Assembly: GCA_963575745.1 (NCBI GenBank) | Contig: CAUYUJ010000077.1 | Location: 62,001 to 118,650, forward strand | DNA: 56,650 nt | Direction: 5' to 3' | Source of the DNA: Prorocentrum cordatum | Taxonomy: Eukaryota | Shown here: positions 33,401-46,475 of the stretch, in pieces | How the letters are laid out: each line of letters starts with the position of its first letter | How positions within the stretch are numbered: position 1 is the stretch's first letter | Position numbers and translations under genes: made by a program | Notes under the pieces: model-generated | What the model was told of the DNA's origin: nothing | The model's database searches: none | The model's input: the letters and a program-made list of their open reading frames with translations, nothing else

Positions 33401-34794
33401 TCTTCCGAGGCCCTTGGCACGCGGTTGGGGATCTAAACGTCCAGCATGAACTACGTAAGATGGACGTCCAATGAGGCCCTCCTGGAGCTCTCTCAGGGGA
33501 CCTTCTGGGCCGCCTTGGAGGCCCGAGGGGCCAGCTCAAGAGGGACAAGTCGTACATATCCCGGTGTTTCTCATGTGATTCCGACACGTTAGCCTGTTCG
33601 GTCTTTGGAGTGGCCAGGGACTGCATAAGAGGCTCCCCAGGGAGGCCCAGAACGGCCCCTCCAAGCTAGGCCCAAGACCCCACAAAGAACCGAAAGAGAC
33701 CCCCAAGAAGCCCCCGAGAGGACTACAAGAAGCCTCGCGATACCCTCAAGAGATTCCCAGGAGACCTCCAAGAGACCCTGAGGAGCTCCCCAAGAGATCC
33801 CAGGAGGCGGCCAACAGGCCTCTCGAACACGGTGCAACTGCATATTCCACATAACACGCTGAGCTGGCAGTTGAATTCCACGAAGCACGCTGAGTTGAAT
33901 CGTCGATTCCAGGAGAGGAGCTGAGCTGGTCGAGGCTGGAACGAACCCGAAGCAGTTTGGGAGCACGTGGCCAGGGATGGACAAGCTGGAGGGAACCTGG
34001 CCAGACCCGCGCAAATGCGCAGAGGCTGGCCCAGTCCGTGTACAGTGCGGACGCGGCCGCGAGAAACCCTCGCAAGAAACCCAACCCTGAAGACCCGCGC
34101 GAGAGGTGCAGCTGGGGGGAAGCCCGAGGCACCCTGAACCGCAGCAGTTTCTTACCGGCCGCGGGAAGTCACCGCGCAGCGCGCGGATCGAAGAAGCCCA
34201 GGATACTTTTGCGACAAGCGCTTGGGCTCCTTGATGTGCGCCCCCACGGTAGGACCTCCCACTCCGAGACGAAGCTGAGCTGGTCGAGGCTGGAACGAAC
34301 CCGAAGTAGGTTGGGAGCAGGTGGACAGAGGGAGGGACCAGCCAGAGGGAACTGGGCCAAACCTGCACACAGAAGTGCAAAGGCGGGCCGGCCCCGTCCG
34401 TGTGTAGACCTCCCCCCTCCGCTCCCTACCGCAGAGTCCAGGGCCCTCCTCAACTGTGTCCTTCAGGGCTCGACCCAAACAGTGGTTTGTGTTATCGTGT
34501 TGCGTTCGTTGTGCCTCGTGCTGTCTTCAGTCCACCTCTGCTGCAAAACGAAGGCGAAACACGAAAACGGCCTACGAGATTGCCAAAACACCGTTCAGGT
34601 CGAGCCCTGAAGTAGTTATCCCGCCCTTCTCTGGACCAGAGAAGAAACGACACCACGCCACCTTCGGGCCCCGGGGGGGCTTAGCGTGCACCAGGAAAGC
34701 TGACGAGTGCTGTTGCATGGTATATGCGCTGCGGCCCCCGATGGGCCGCAGCGCAACATGGAGGGCCGTAGGTGGGATGGTGTCGCTTGTTTTT

Positions 34795-34966
34795 TCGGGT
34801 CGGGCGAAAGGGGGGGATAGCAAAGGGGGGGTTTGAGAATCAGCTGATTTTCCCGGCGGCGGCTCCCGGCGCCGGGCCCGGTGTGGTGAGGTGAGGCCGA
34901 AACCAGCTGCATGCAGCAGATTTCGTAACCCCCCCTTTCCCAATCCCCCCCTTTCGCCCGACCCGA
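34795..34966. mobile_element. 172-bp TIR element (tcgggtcgggcgaaagggggggat...atccccccctttcgcccgacccga); relative 22088-22283, right end at ~30-67
   Basis: 24-bp perfect TIR extendable imperfectly, flanked by ttttt/ttttt. The internal gtttgagaatcagct...gctgcatgcagcagatt is shared with the 22088 copy. Confidence 0.8.
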
Positions 34967-35203
34967 TTTTTGTTCGTCGATCCTCTCCCACCTGATGGAA
35001 TAAGCCGGGGCCCGCCTCCATCGGCGCGGTAATGCTGAAGACGACGTTCAAGCACGTCAACTGGGGCGGGAGAGCAAATACGGATACCGATGTTCGCGAG
35101 GTGGGCCGCTACGCATGACGAAACGCACAACCGAAAAAAACGCCTCTTTACTGCTGACCGGTTGGCTTCTGAATCATTAGCATGGGGGAAGCCGGTCCTG
35201 AGG

Positions 35204-35395
35204 TTAAGTCGGGCATGTCCCCCTACAGGGGGATTTTCGACGAAATATAAAAAATACCCCAAAAATAATCAAAACATAATCCAAAAACAGTCTGGGGACT
35301 ATTTTTTGAATATTATCTGACCTTCTTCGGGTATCTTTGGGGTATCTTTTATTCTTCGTCGCAAATCCCCCTGTAGGGGGACACGCCCGACATAA
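35204..35395. mobile_element. Foldback MITE family A, copy 3 (best preserved)
   Basis: 37-bp TIR core with 2 mismatches and an AT-rich self-complementary interior. Flanked by a 30-bp direct duplication. Confidence 0.85.
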
Positions 35396-35780
35396 TCATC
35401 AGCATGGGGGAAGCCGGCTCTGAGGATGCCAGGGCACCAGGTCCTGGACCCCAGGACCTCTGCCAGGAAGAGCTTCTCATCCTGGGCCGTTTCCTAACAG
35501 TCTTGGGGCCCGTTCGGGGCCCCGGGAGCCCGAAGACGGCGAAAAACGCCTCTGGATCCGTTTCCCTCGGGGCCCAGTTTCCACGTGGCGATCTAAGATT
35601 AAGTCGGGAAATTCGACGAAAAATACAGGAGGATGTTCGACGAAAAATAAAAATACCCCCAAAAAATAATCAGACGATTATTCACTGCGTGGGGATCCCC
35701 ATATGTGCATCTCCTTGCTGGCGCTCCCTTGGTGGTGGGACTCGGTGAGGACGAATCTGGACTTAAGTGTGACTGAGCTG

Positions 35781-37050
<1,270 letters not shown>

Positions 37051-37320
37051 GCTACTGGCTTCTGACGGAGTCTGGGTTAGGTGAGCCTGAGTGTGGGTGA
37101 GTCTGAGTATGGGTACGTCTGTGTGTGCCTGACTCTGAAGAAATGAATCTGAGTGTGAGTGAGCTTGTGTATGAGTGAGTCTGGGTGCGAGTCTGAATCC
37201 CAATGGTGCCCCTGGCAGTGTCTGGCGACTAGGAGGCCCGGGTCGACTCCTCTTTGGGAAGCCAAAATGCTGCCCCTGGCAGCGTTTGGTGACTATGAAG
37301 CCCCTGGTGGACCCCCCCTG

Positions 37321-37970
37321 GGGCTCCCAAATGATGCCCCTGGCAGCGTTTTGTGACCATGAGGCTCTCAAGAGATACATGTTGGGGACGCCAAACGGCA
37401 ATTCTAGCTGAGGCGTCCCACCAAAATCGGCGCGAACGGGCTCGTGAGATCAGCCAGGGTGGCTCCCCCTTGGGGCTCCCAAATGATGCCCCTGGCAGCG
37501 TTTTGTGACCATGAGGCTCTCAAGAGATACATGTTGGGGAGGCCAAACGGCAATTCTAGCTGAGGCGTCCCACCAAAATCGGCGCGAACGGGCTCGTGAG
37601 ATCAGCCAGGGTGGCTCCCCCTTGGGGCTCCCAAATGATGCCCCTGGCAGCGTTTTGTGACCATGAGGCTCTCAAGAGAGACATGTTGGGGAGGCCAAAC
37701 GGCAATTTTAGCTGAGACGTCCCACCAAAATCGGCGCGAACGGGCTCGTGAGATCAGCCAGGGTGGCTCCCCCTTGGGGCTCCCAAATGATGCCCCTGGC
37801 AGCGTTTTGTGACCATGAGGCTCTCAAGAGAGACATGTTGGGGAGGCCAAACGGCAATTTTAGCTGAGACGTCCCACCAAAATCGGCGCGAACGGGCTCG
37901 TGAGATCAGCCAGGGTGGCTCCCCCTTGGGGCTCCCAAATGATGCCCCTGGCAGCGTTTTGTGATCATGA
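37321..37970. repeat. 152-bp tandem repeat, four near-identical units plus a partial
   Basis: gggctcccaaatgatgcccctggcagcg starts at 37321, 37473, 37625, 37777 and 37929. Confidence 0.97.
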
Positions 37971-38925
37971 GAGAGTGTGAGTGTGAGTGAATGTGACTGT
38001 GAGTGAGTCTGAGTGAGAGTGAGTCCCATCTGATCTTATCGAGTCCTATCTTATATTACCTTTATTACCCTCTATCTTATCTTACCTTGAAATCTCTTAT
38101 CTTGTCTTAGCTTATCTTATAACAACTCATCTTATCGCATCATATATTGTCTTATCTTATTACTCCATAGGCTGTCTTATCTTATATATTATCCTACCTT
38201 GTCATATATCTTATCTTACCTTATCATATCTTGTGCTATCTTATAGTATCTTGTAGTATCTTATCTTGTCTTGTCTTATCTGGTGATTATCATTGGGAGG
38301 AGGGAGGCGCGAGCGGGAGGAAGGAGGAGCAGTGGGAGGCGTCAGAGTAATAACAAGAACCCCAATCCTTAGGATATGGGGAAAAATCCAAAAATAGTCT
38401 TGGGACTATTGTTTGATTGTTGTTACCTTTTTGGTGTATGTTTGGGGTATTTTCTAGCTTTCGTCGAACATCTCCCTGTAATTAGGGGGACACGCCCGAC
38501 ATAAATCTAAGAACCTGCATCGGGTTCTTGAGACCCGAGCTCGCTCGGCATGGGCAGGCCACACGCGCGAGGCGATCAGATGGGACCCCCCCGGCGGCAA
38601 AAGGGTGCCCTCCGCCGTTTCCCCCCCACGGATCCCGTGGGAGAGGGCACGGGCCCGCCTCGAGACGGGCCCGGGCCCGCTCCGAGCTGGCTCCACCGCC
38701 ACGGGGACCCCGCGGGTCCTGCGGGGCACGGGAGCGGAGAGTCCGTCGCCCTTCTCGGGCCCTCGGGGCCCTCCACGGGCCTCAGAAGGGACGCCAGACA
38801 AGGAACGAAGCCCCTTCTTGGCCCCAGAAGCGCCCAGGTGCACGAGGGGTGATGGAGGAGCACGAACCTCCCTCGCGCTCTGAGGACGCCCCGAAAGACT
38901 CGCGGTCGTCGGGACGGTTCATAGC

Positions 38926-38947
38926 CTTGAGCCAAAATGGCTACGGA
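38926..38947 (-). other. Dinoflagellate spliced-leader sequence, copy 2
   Basis: Second 22/22 DinoSL match. On the minus strand it is preceded by (TCC)n and followed by GCT-ATG. Confidence 0.97.
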
Positions 38948-41900
38948 GGAGGAGGAGGAGGAGGAGGAGGAAGAGGAGGATGAGGAGGAGAAGGAGGGAG
39001 GAGGAGGAGGAGGAGGAGGAGGAGGAGGAGGAGGAGGAGGAGGAGGAGGAGCCCTGGAAGAGCTTTTCAGGAGCCGCGGGCCCCTCCCGCACCCCAGGCG
39101 TTCCTTGTGTTTCTCGGCGTCCTGGCGGTGGCTCCGTCCCCGGGGGGAAAGAGGCCACGGGGCCCAGCGCCCGCTTTTCCCTCGGGGAACCCGTTTCCTC
39201 CCGCACGCCAAAGAGCCAACCCGCACCCAAGAGAGCCCCGATACGTCTGAGCGTGCGCTCGAGACGGCCCGCCGAGCAGCGGCCGCAGGGTCAGTTCGAT
39301 CGGGCCCGCGGCAAGCCCCCGCGAGAACTCCCAGACGTCTGCGCGAGGCCGCCTGGACGGATCCTCGGCGAAGCGGAGGAAGGGGGGGGGGGAGTGAGAA
39401 GGTGCAGGCCTTCTTAGAGGGCGGCGGGGTTTCTCAGAAGCCCTCCAGCCCTCTGAGAAGCTTTCTGTGTCTTCGGGAAGGGCGCCACAAAACATCTCAG
39501 AAGGCCTGAGGCCTTCAGAGCCGTCTGAGAACGCCCGTCCCCTCTGACTTCCCCCCTGGGCTCGCAGCCGAACTTAAATCATAAGACGATGCCAGGACGA
39601 GGATAAACTCGGGTGAAGATAAAATCTAGCATCTCTGAGATCCGGCGGCTCTGGAGGGTGCATCGGGCGCAGTGACCTTCTCAGAGCGTTTCCCGACCGC
39701 TCTGAGAGCGTTCCGGGACGCTCTGGAACAGATTTATCCTCGTCCTAGCCCCGTCCGAATGTCGTCGGGGATCTGCTGAACCAGGTCAGGGCAAGCGAGG
39801 GCCAGTCTGGCTCTGCAGGAGCCTGCAAGATCCTGCAGGATCCTGCATGATCCTGCACGCAAGCCCGGGTCAGTGCGCCCCTGGCGCTGCAGGATCCTGC
39901 AAGCTCCGGCGCTCTGGCTGACCCCCGGTTTGAACTGAACCCCATCTCATTGCTCCAGACATCAGCCGATTCTGGGCCCCGTCCAAAATCAGGCCCCTTT
40001 TTTCAACCCCCACGAGACCTCCCAGAAGCCTGCGTGAGTTGGCGGCGCGGCAAGGGGGGTGGGGGGACGGGGGAAAGCTGCTTGGAAGCACCCTGCTCCT
40101 TAGAAGGCCCCGGCCGTACGTCTATAGACAAGGCCCGCGCCTTCTGAGAAGCAGGGGTGCCTCTGAGAAGCCTTCCCCCCTCCCCCTAACCCCCCTCTGC
40201 GCGTGGCTGCGCGAGGCCGCCTCTCGACGGAGCCGGCCCTGACGACGAGAGGCCCACCGGAAGGGCGACCCGGCGCGCCGCCGCCGCCGCTGGCGTCGCA
40301 GGCGGCGTGAGCCTGCTGGCAGCTGCTACATGTGTCTCCAAAGGGGTCCAGGGACACGTAGATGCAGAGGCACAGATCCAAGGATTCCCCCTGCGTTCCC
40401 CTATTTTCCGGGTTTGCGTCGTCCCCCCCCCACACACACACACTTCCCCTAGTTCCCCATATCTTCCTGGGGGTCGGGGATTCATTGTGCCTGTGTTCTT
40501 CCTGAATCTCAGCCGGGAGGCATGGCGACCCCAATGCCCGACTCTCTGGGGGAGTTCGCCTGGGCAACAGCAGGCCGGGGCCCAGCTCGGGGAGGCGCAC
40601 ACGCCCTGGGGAGCGGGGGCGCCCCTCTTCCACCAGGGCGCGCCCGAATAAGGGGGCGCATCCCCGAGTTCATTTGCCTTCCCGAGCGGCCAGGGCTTCT
40701 GTTTGGGGGGGAGTGCTCGGGGACCGGGGGGAAGAGATCACATCATGTCTACGCGCAAGTCTGCGGCTCACCGCCCTGTCTAGGCCGAGAGCGGGACCGC
40801 GACGTCTTCCCACCAGGCCGAGACCTCCGACGACTCGGGTTTCACAAATCGCCAGACAAGCGGACCTCTCGGCAGCCACAAATCGAGGATTCTGGGAGGG
40901 AGGATTAACCCGAGGTGGGATTAAGGAACGAACGCAGCTGGATGCTCACACTCCCTTCCTCCAAGGGGCGTTTAAAGCGACGTTCCCTCGAACCCCACCG
41001 CTGCCCCTACCCCGCCTTTACGTCCCCCCTACAAAGAGGTCTGGGCAAGGGGCCGCCGACCCCTTCCCCCCAAATGGGGTCCGAGTAGATGGGGTGGGAA
41101 GACCGCGCCGCATCGCCACTGCATTGCTGATCCATCGGCGATGCACCGGCGGCGTCGGCGATGCATCGGCGCTAGCGGCGTGGAGACAATCGGACTCCGC
41201 ATCGAACCGCATCGGCGGTGCACTGGCGATGCGGCGCCATCCTCTGACCCCATCTACGCACTCAGACCCCATCCGGGAGGTCTATGATGAACCTGTTTTC
41301 CACCACCACCACCACCATGAGTTGGAGGGGGGATCGAGGAGGAGGGCGGAGGAGGAGGAGGAGGACGAGGAGGAGGAGGAGGACCCCCTCCCCCTCCAAC
41401 TGATGGGTGGTGGTGGAAAACAGGCCCATCAGCCTAGGGGTGCTCTTCTGGAGCGTGTTTGTTGACGGCCCCAGGGTCCAACAGGTGCGAAAGACAACGG
41501 CCGCTACCCGCCCCGGCCCCCCCCTGCTGACATCACGGCTCGTGCCGGCGCCGCTTGGGAATGCCTAGGGAAAAGCCAGAGAAAGCTCGAATAGCAGATA
41601 CCTGGTGGATCTGTTATGGCACAGCGCGCGCAAGACTAGGGGCAGGCCTCGCTCATCGCAGCGTAACGGATTGCTGAGAATCCAGTACCTTGCCCTTGGG
41701 CACGGTGGGCGTGTCCTCAGGTCCTTTGCCTAACATTCTGAGCCGCACGAACCCAAGAAGATTATTTAGGGGACCCAAAGCCCAAATTGCCCAATCGACC
41801 AGAGTTCCTCGTACCTTGTCGCGCGCCTTGACGCGTGACTTTTTCGGAGCCAAAAGGCACTCAAGACGGACCAAGAGGACCCGAAGAGTCCCCGAAGACG

Positions 41901-42331
41901 GTAGAAGAGGGCCCCGAATCACCCAAAGATCGCTCCAAGACGCCCAAGATGGCCTCAAGATGACCCAACAGGCCTCCAAGACGCCACAAAGCTTCAAACA
42001 GGCCTCACAAGAGGGTCCCAAGAGGCACAAACCATTGATCTGCCCTTGGTGCTTGAAGGATTTTGGCGTTCCCCTGTGAAAAACGAGGGTGCGAACCCTG
42101 GGAGCATATTTTTTGGGAAAAATACGATTTTTGCCAGACGGGAGATCAACAATAATGGTTGGTCAACAATGGAAAGTTAACAACGACAACAACAGTGACA
42201 ACAACCAATACAACAACAACCACAACAACAACAACAACAACAACGACGACGACGACGACGACAACAACAGCGACAACAACAACACCACCACCAACAACAA
42301 CAACATAAACAACATCATCAATAACAACCAA

Positions 42332-42363
<32 letters not shown>

Positions 42364-42434
42364 TCATCACCAACAACAACAGCACAACAACACAATCACA
42401 ACAGGCACAACGACAACGGCAACAACAACAATCA

Positions 42435-42880
42435 GTGTTTAAACGGCGGTTCGTTCTCATACGTGCGCGTGCCAATCAACACGTACATCCCGAACCCTCG
42501 AAACCCGCCTTCTTCGTCCTCGACCGTACCCTCTTGAGGGTATACACGTATGACTTGCAACGCGCATTTCGCGCAGCACCTGAGGCAGGGGAAGAAAAGG
42601 ACGGATGGAAGGAAAGACCAACGGGAGGGAGGAGGAGGGAGCACGGGCTAGGAGAAGAAAGCGTGGCAGAACCAGACGGGCAGATCGGGCGGGCACACCC
42701 TACCATGCGGGTCGGGAAGGAAGGCCCAAGCGGCCAGGTCGAGCAGGCGGGTTGCTCAAGCGTGCGTCCTGCATGAATCGCGAGGAAGTCCCGATTGACA
42801 CCTCAATCCCCACATCAATCGTGAGCGAATCCACAGCGAGAGCGCGACTCCTGAACGTCGAGGGCGCGGCTTGTGAATAA
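42435..42880 (+). repeat. Dispersed repeat following a CAA-rich tract; second copy ~48456-49000
   Basis: Shared blocks ccaatcaaca..tacatccc..cttcgtc.tcga.cgtaccc and ggcccaagcggccaggtc..ggcgggttgctcaagcgtgcgtcctgcatgaatcgcgagga. Confidence 0.8.
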
Positions 42881-43159
42881 ATTGCTAGGGCGCCCCCCGC
42901 GAAAGCGCGATGTTTGAATAAACTGCGAAAAAAAGTTCCGCGGGAGAGCGGGGTTTGGAAATAAATTGGAGGGACGATTTAAAGCCGGAGCTGTTGTCGT
43001 TGTAGTTCGGGGGGCAACAACGCATTTGGCCCGAATGACTTTCCCTGATGAGAAAAAGGGCGCGAGCCCCGGGGGGAACACTTCAATTGAAAAAAACAAT
43101 GGCCACCAGAGGGGGTGGAGCAACAACCATTGAGAGTTCAACAACAACAACAACAATCA

Positions 43160-43909
43160 TTTAAGACTGGGGGCACTCCGTTCTCACCAGTGCCAGGGTT
43201 TTCATAGGAGGCGGGCAATACCCCCACTTTGTGGGGGGGCCGGTTCAAGCTCTACCAAATTTCCAAACGACTCTTCGCCACCACCCACACCCAGCTTCCC
43301 GCCCTATGACGTTCGGACACTTCACTTCGTGGCATGCGGACGACCGTGGCTACTATTCAGGGCCCCGCGGCCGACGACGACGGCGTGCGCGCGCGAAGAA
43401 AAAACGAATGTGTCCAATATGGTATTATTTGACATGCGCGCAGCCGTTGTTGCAGAAGTTCGAAGCACGTGAAAAAGTTGCTCGCAAGAGCCCGTTTGAC
43501 AGAAATGTTGAAAAAATATTGGGTTTCCTCAGAAATCCGCAAGAGCGCGCAAGATGAATTTGTGAAACTTTTTTTTTGAAAAACCATTGGGTTTTTCATG
43601 TTTTTATGTTAAAATCGCTACGAAAACTAAGGTTTTGGAAGGATTTCATCTTGCGCGCGCGAGTGTGCACTTCGTGTCATTTTGTTCAAAGGATTCTTGA
43701 AGTTTGGTTATGTTAGAACAAGAAATTTCATGTTATAGTGTTTTTTGAAAGGGAAAGCGGGCGTCAACAAAACAACCGGATCCGGACACCCACGTTTTGC
43801 CTGAGACTTCCTCACGAAAATGATGAAAATGCGGCTGCGGCCTAGGCGCGGCGAGGGGGGCGCGCACCAGGGGCCCCAACAATAATTATTCTTTAGAATA
43901 ATAATGTTC

Positions 43910-43948
<39 letters not shown>

Positions 43949-46475
43949 CATTTTACCCGAACGCTCAGTGTTCTCACCAGTGCCAGGGTTTTCATGCGAC
44001 GCCAGCAATACCCCCACTTCGTGGGGGGGCAGTGCAAGCTCTACCAAATATCCAAACGACTCTTCGCGACCACCCAAACCCAGCTTCCCGCCCTATGACG
44101 TTGGGACACTTCACTTCGTGGCCTGCGGACGACCGTGGCTACTACACTGGCGTGGAGTACACACCCACAGAAGTTGTTAAGCCTACGTTCGTACACCCAC
44201 AGAAGTTGTTAAGCCTTGTTAACCCACAGAAGTTGTTAAGCCTTCCACAGAACATCTGTTGCATATGATGCATATGGTACATGATACACATGATACACAC
44301 GATACGTACTCACAAGATAGTTGATCACATCTGGTTTTTGGAGATTTCGGCGTGCGCGCGCGAAGAAAAAACGAATGTGTCCCGCATGGTATTATTTGAC
44401 AGGGATGATGGCCCTGGCAGGTGCGCAACCGTTGTCGCAGAAGTTCGAAAAAGTTGCTCGCAAAAGCCCGTTTGACAGAATTGTTTAAAAAGTGTTGGTT
44501 TTCCTACGAATCCGCAAGAGCGCGCGGAAGGACATTTTGACAATTTTTTCTTGAAAAACCATTGGGTTTTTGATGTTTTTATGTTAAAATCGCTCGAAAC
44601 CTAAGGTTTTGGAAGGATTTCGTCTTGCGCGCGCGAATGTCCACTTTACCTTATTTTTTGCAAGGGATTCTTGAAATTTGATCAAGTAAGAACAAGAATT
44701 TTCATTTTATAGTGTTTTTTGCAAGGGAAAACGGATTACAACAAAACAACCGGATCCGGTACACAATCCACTTTTCTGAAGCTTTCGCTAGAAAATGAAG
44801 GAAATGAGGCTGCGGCCTAGGTTTTGGAGGGGGGTCGCGCACCAGGGGTCTCAACAATAATATTTCTTTAGAAGTAATAATATTCAACAACAACAACAAT
44901 TACTAGCACGTGGGGACACTCCGTTCTCACCAGTGCCAGGGTTTTCATAGGAGGCGGGCAATACCCCCACTTTGTGGGGGGGCCGGTTCAAGCTCTACCA
45001 AATTTCCAAACGACTCTTCGCCACCACCCACACCCAGCTTCCCGCCCTATGACGTTCGGACACTTCACTTCGTGGCATGCGGACGACCGTGGCTACTATT
45101 CAGGGCCCCGCGGCCGACGACGACGGCGTGCGCGCGCGAAGAAAAAACGAATGTGTCCAATATGGTATTATTTGACAGGGATGATGGCCCTGGCATGCGC
45201 GCAACCGTTGTTGCAGAAGTTCGAAGCACGTGAAAAAGTTGCTCGCAAGAGCCCGTTTGACAGAAATGTTGAAAAAATATTGGGTTTCCTCAGAAATCCG
45301 CAAGAGCGCGCAAGATGAATTTTTGAAACTTTTTTTTTGAAAAACCATTGGGATCTTCTTGTTTTTATGTTAAAATCGCTACGAAAACTAAGGTTTTGGA
45401 AGGATTTCATCTTGCGCGCGCGAGAGTGCACTTCGTGTCATTTTTTTTCAAAGGATTCTTGAAGTTTGGTTATGTTAGAACAAGAATTTTCATGTTATAG
45501 TATTTTCTGCAAGGGAAAACCGATCGTAACAAAACAACCGGATCTGGATCACATCGTTTTGCCTGAGACTTCCTCACGAAAATGATGAAAATGTGGCTGC
45601 GGCCTAGGCGCGGCGGGGGGGCCGTGCACCAGGGGCCCAACAATAATTATTCTTTAGAATAAATAATGTTCAACAACAACAACAACAATTACTAGCACGT
45701 GGGGACACTCCGTTCTCACCAGTGCCAGGGTTTTCATAGGAGGCGGGCAATACCCCCACTTTGTGGGGGGGCCGGTTCAAGCTCTACCAAATTTCCAAAC
45801 GACTCTTCGCCACCACCCACACCCAGCTTCCCGCCCTATGACGTTCGGACACTTCACTTCGTGGCATGCGGACGACCGTGGCTACTATTCAGGGCCCCGC
45901 GGCCGACGACGACGGCGTGCGCGCGCGAAGAAAAAACGAATGTGTCCCGCATGGTATTAGTTGACAGGGATGATGGCCCTGGCAGGTGCGCAACCGTTGT
46001 TGCAGAAGTTCGAAAAAGTTGCTCGCAAAAGCCCGTTTGACAGAAATGTTTATAAAAAGTGTTGGGTTTCCTACGAATCCGCAAGAGCGCGCGGGATGAA
46101 ATTTTGACATTTTTTTTGTTTTGAAAAACCATGGGTTTTTTTGATGGTTTTATGTTAAAATCGCTACGAAAACTAAGGTTGTGGAAAGATTTCGTCTTGC
46201 GCGCGCGAATGTCCACTTTACCTTATTTTTTTGCCAGGGATTCTTGAAGTTTGGATATGTTAGAACAAGAAATGTCCACTTTAGCTTATTTTTTGCAAGG
46301 GAAAACCGATCGTAACAAAACAACCGGATCTGGATCACATCGTTTTGCCTGAGACTTCCTCACGAAAATGATGAAAATGTGGCTGCGGCCTAGGCGCGGC
46401 GGGGGGGCCGTGCACCAGGGGCCCCAACAATAATTATTCTTTAGAAGAAATAATGTTCAACAACAACAACAACAA
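43160..46475 (+). repeat. Four-unit tandem array, ~789-bp unit, each unit ending in ...ataat(g/a)ttcaa(caa)n
   Basis: Unit starts ~43169, ~43950, 44901 and 45690. (CAA)n tracts at 43139-43156, 43909-43947, 44885-44899, 45671-45688 and 46458-46475. Unit 2 has a ~200-bp internal replacement. Confidence 0.93.

Noticed and set aside
35691..35762. HDV-like ribozyme resemblance (GGGGATC...TCCTTGCTGGCGCTCCCT...CGAA)
   Set aside because: P1 and L3 look plausible, but P3 has a mismatch and I cannot form P2 or P4. It would need a covariance or descriptor search across copies.
38878..38900. Hammerhead-like CTGAGGA...GAAA next to SL copy 2
   Set aside because: The intervening CGCCCC cannot form stem II, no convincing stems I/III were found, and it is antisense to the SL.
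43241..43256. B-box-like GGTTCAAGCTC in the 789-bp unit (tRNA-derived SINE?)
   Set aside because: Imperfect match to GTTCRANNC, with no A-box or cloverleaf identified.
44164..44252. Three cccacagaagttgttaagcct repeats resembling a mini CRISPR array
   Set aside because: The spacers are 0-11 nt and partly repeat-derived, there are no cas genes, and the context is eukaryotic; this is a local slippage duplication.
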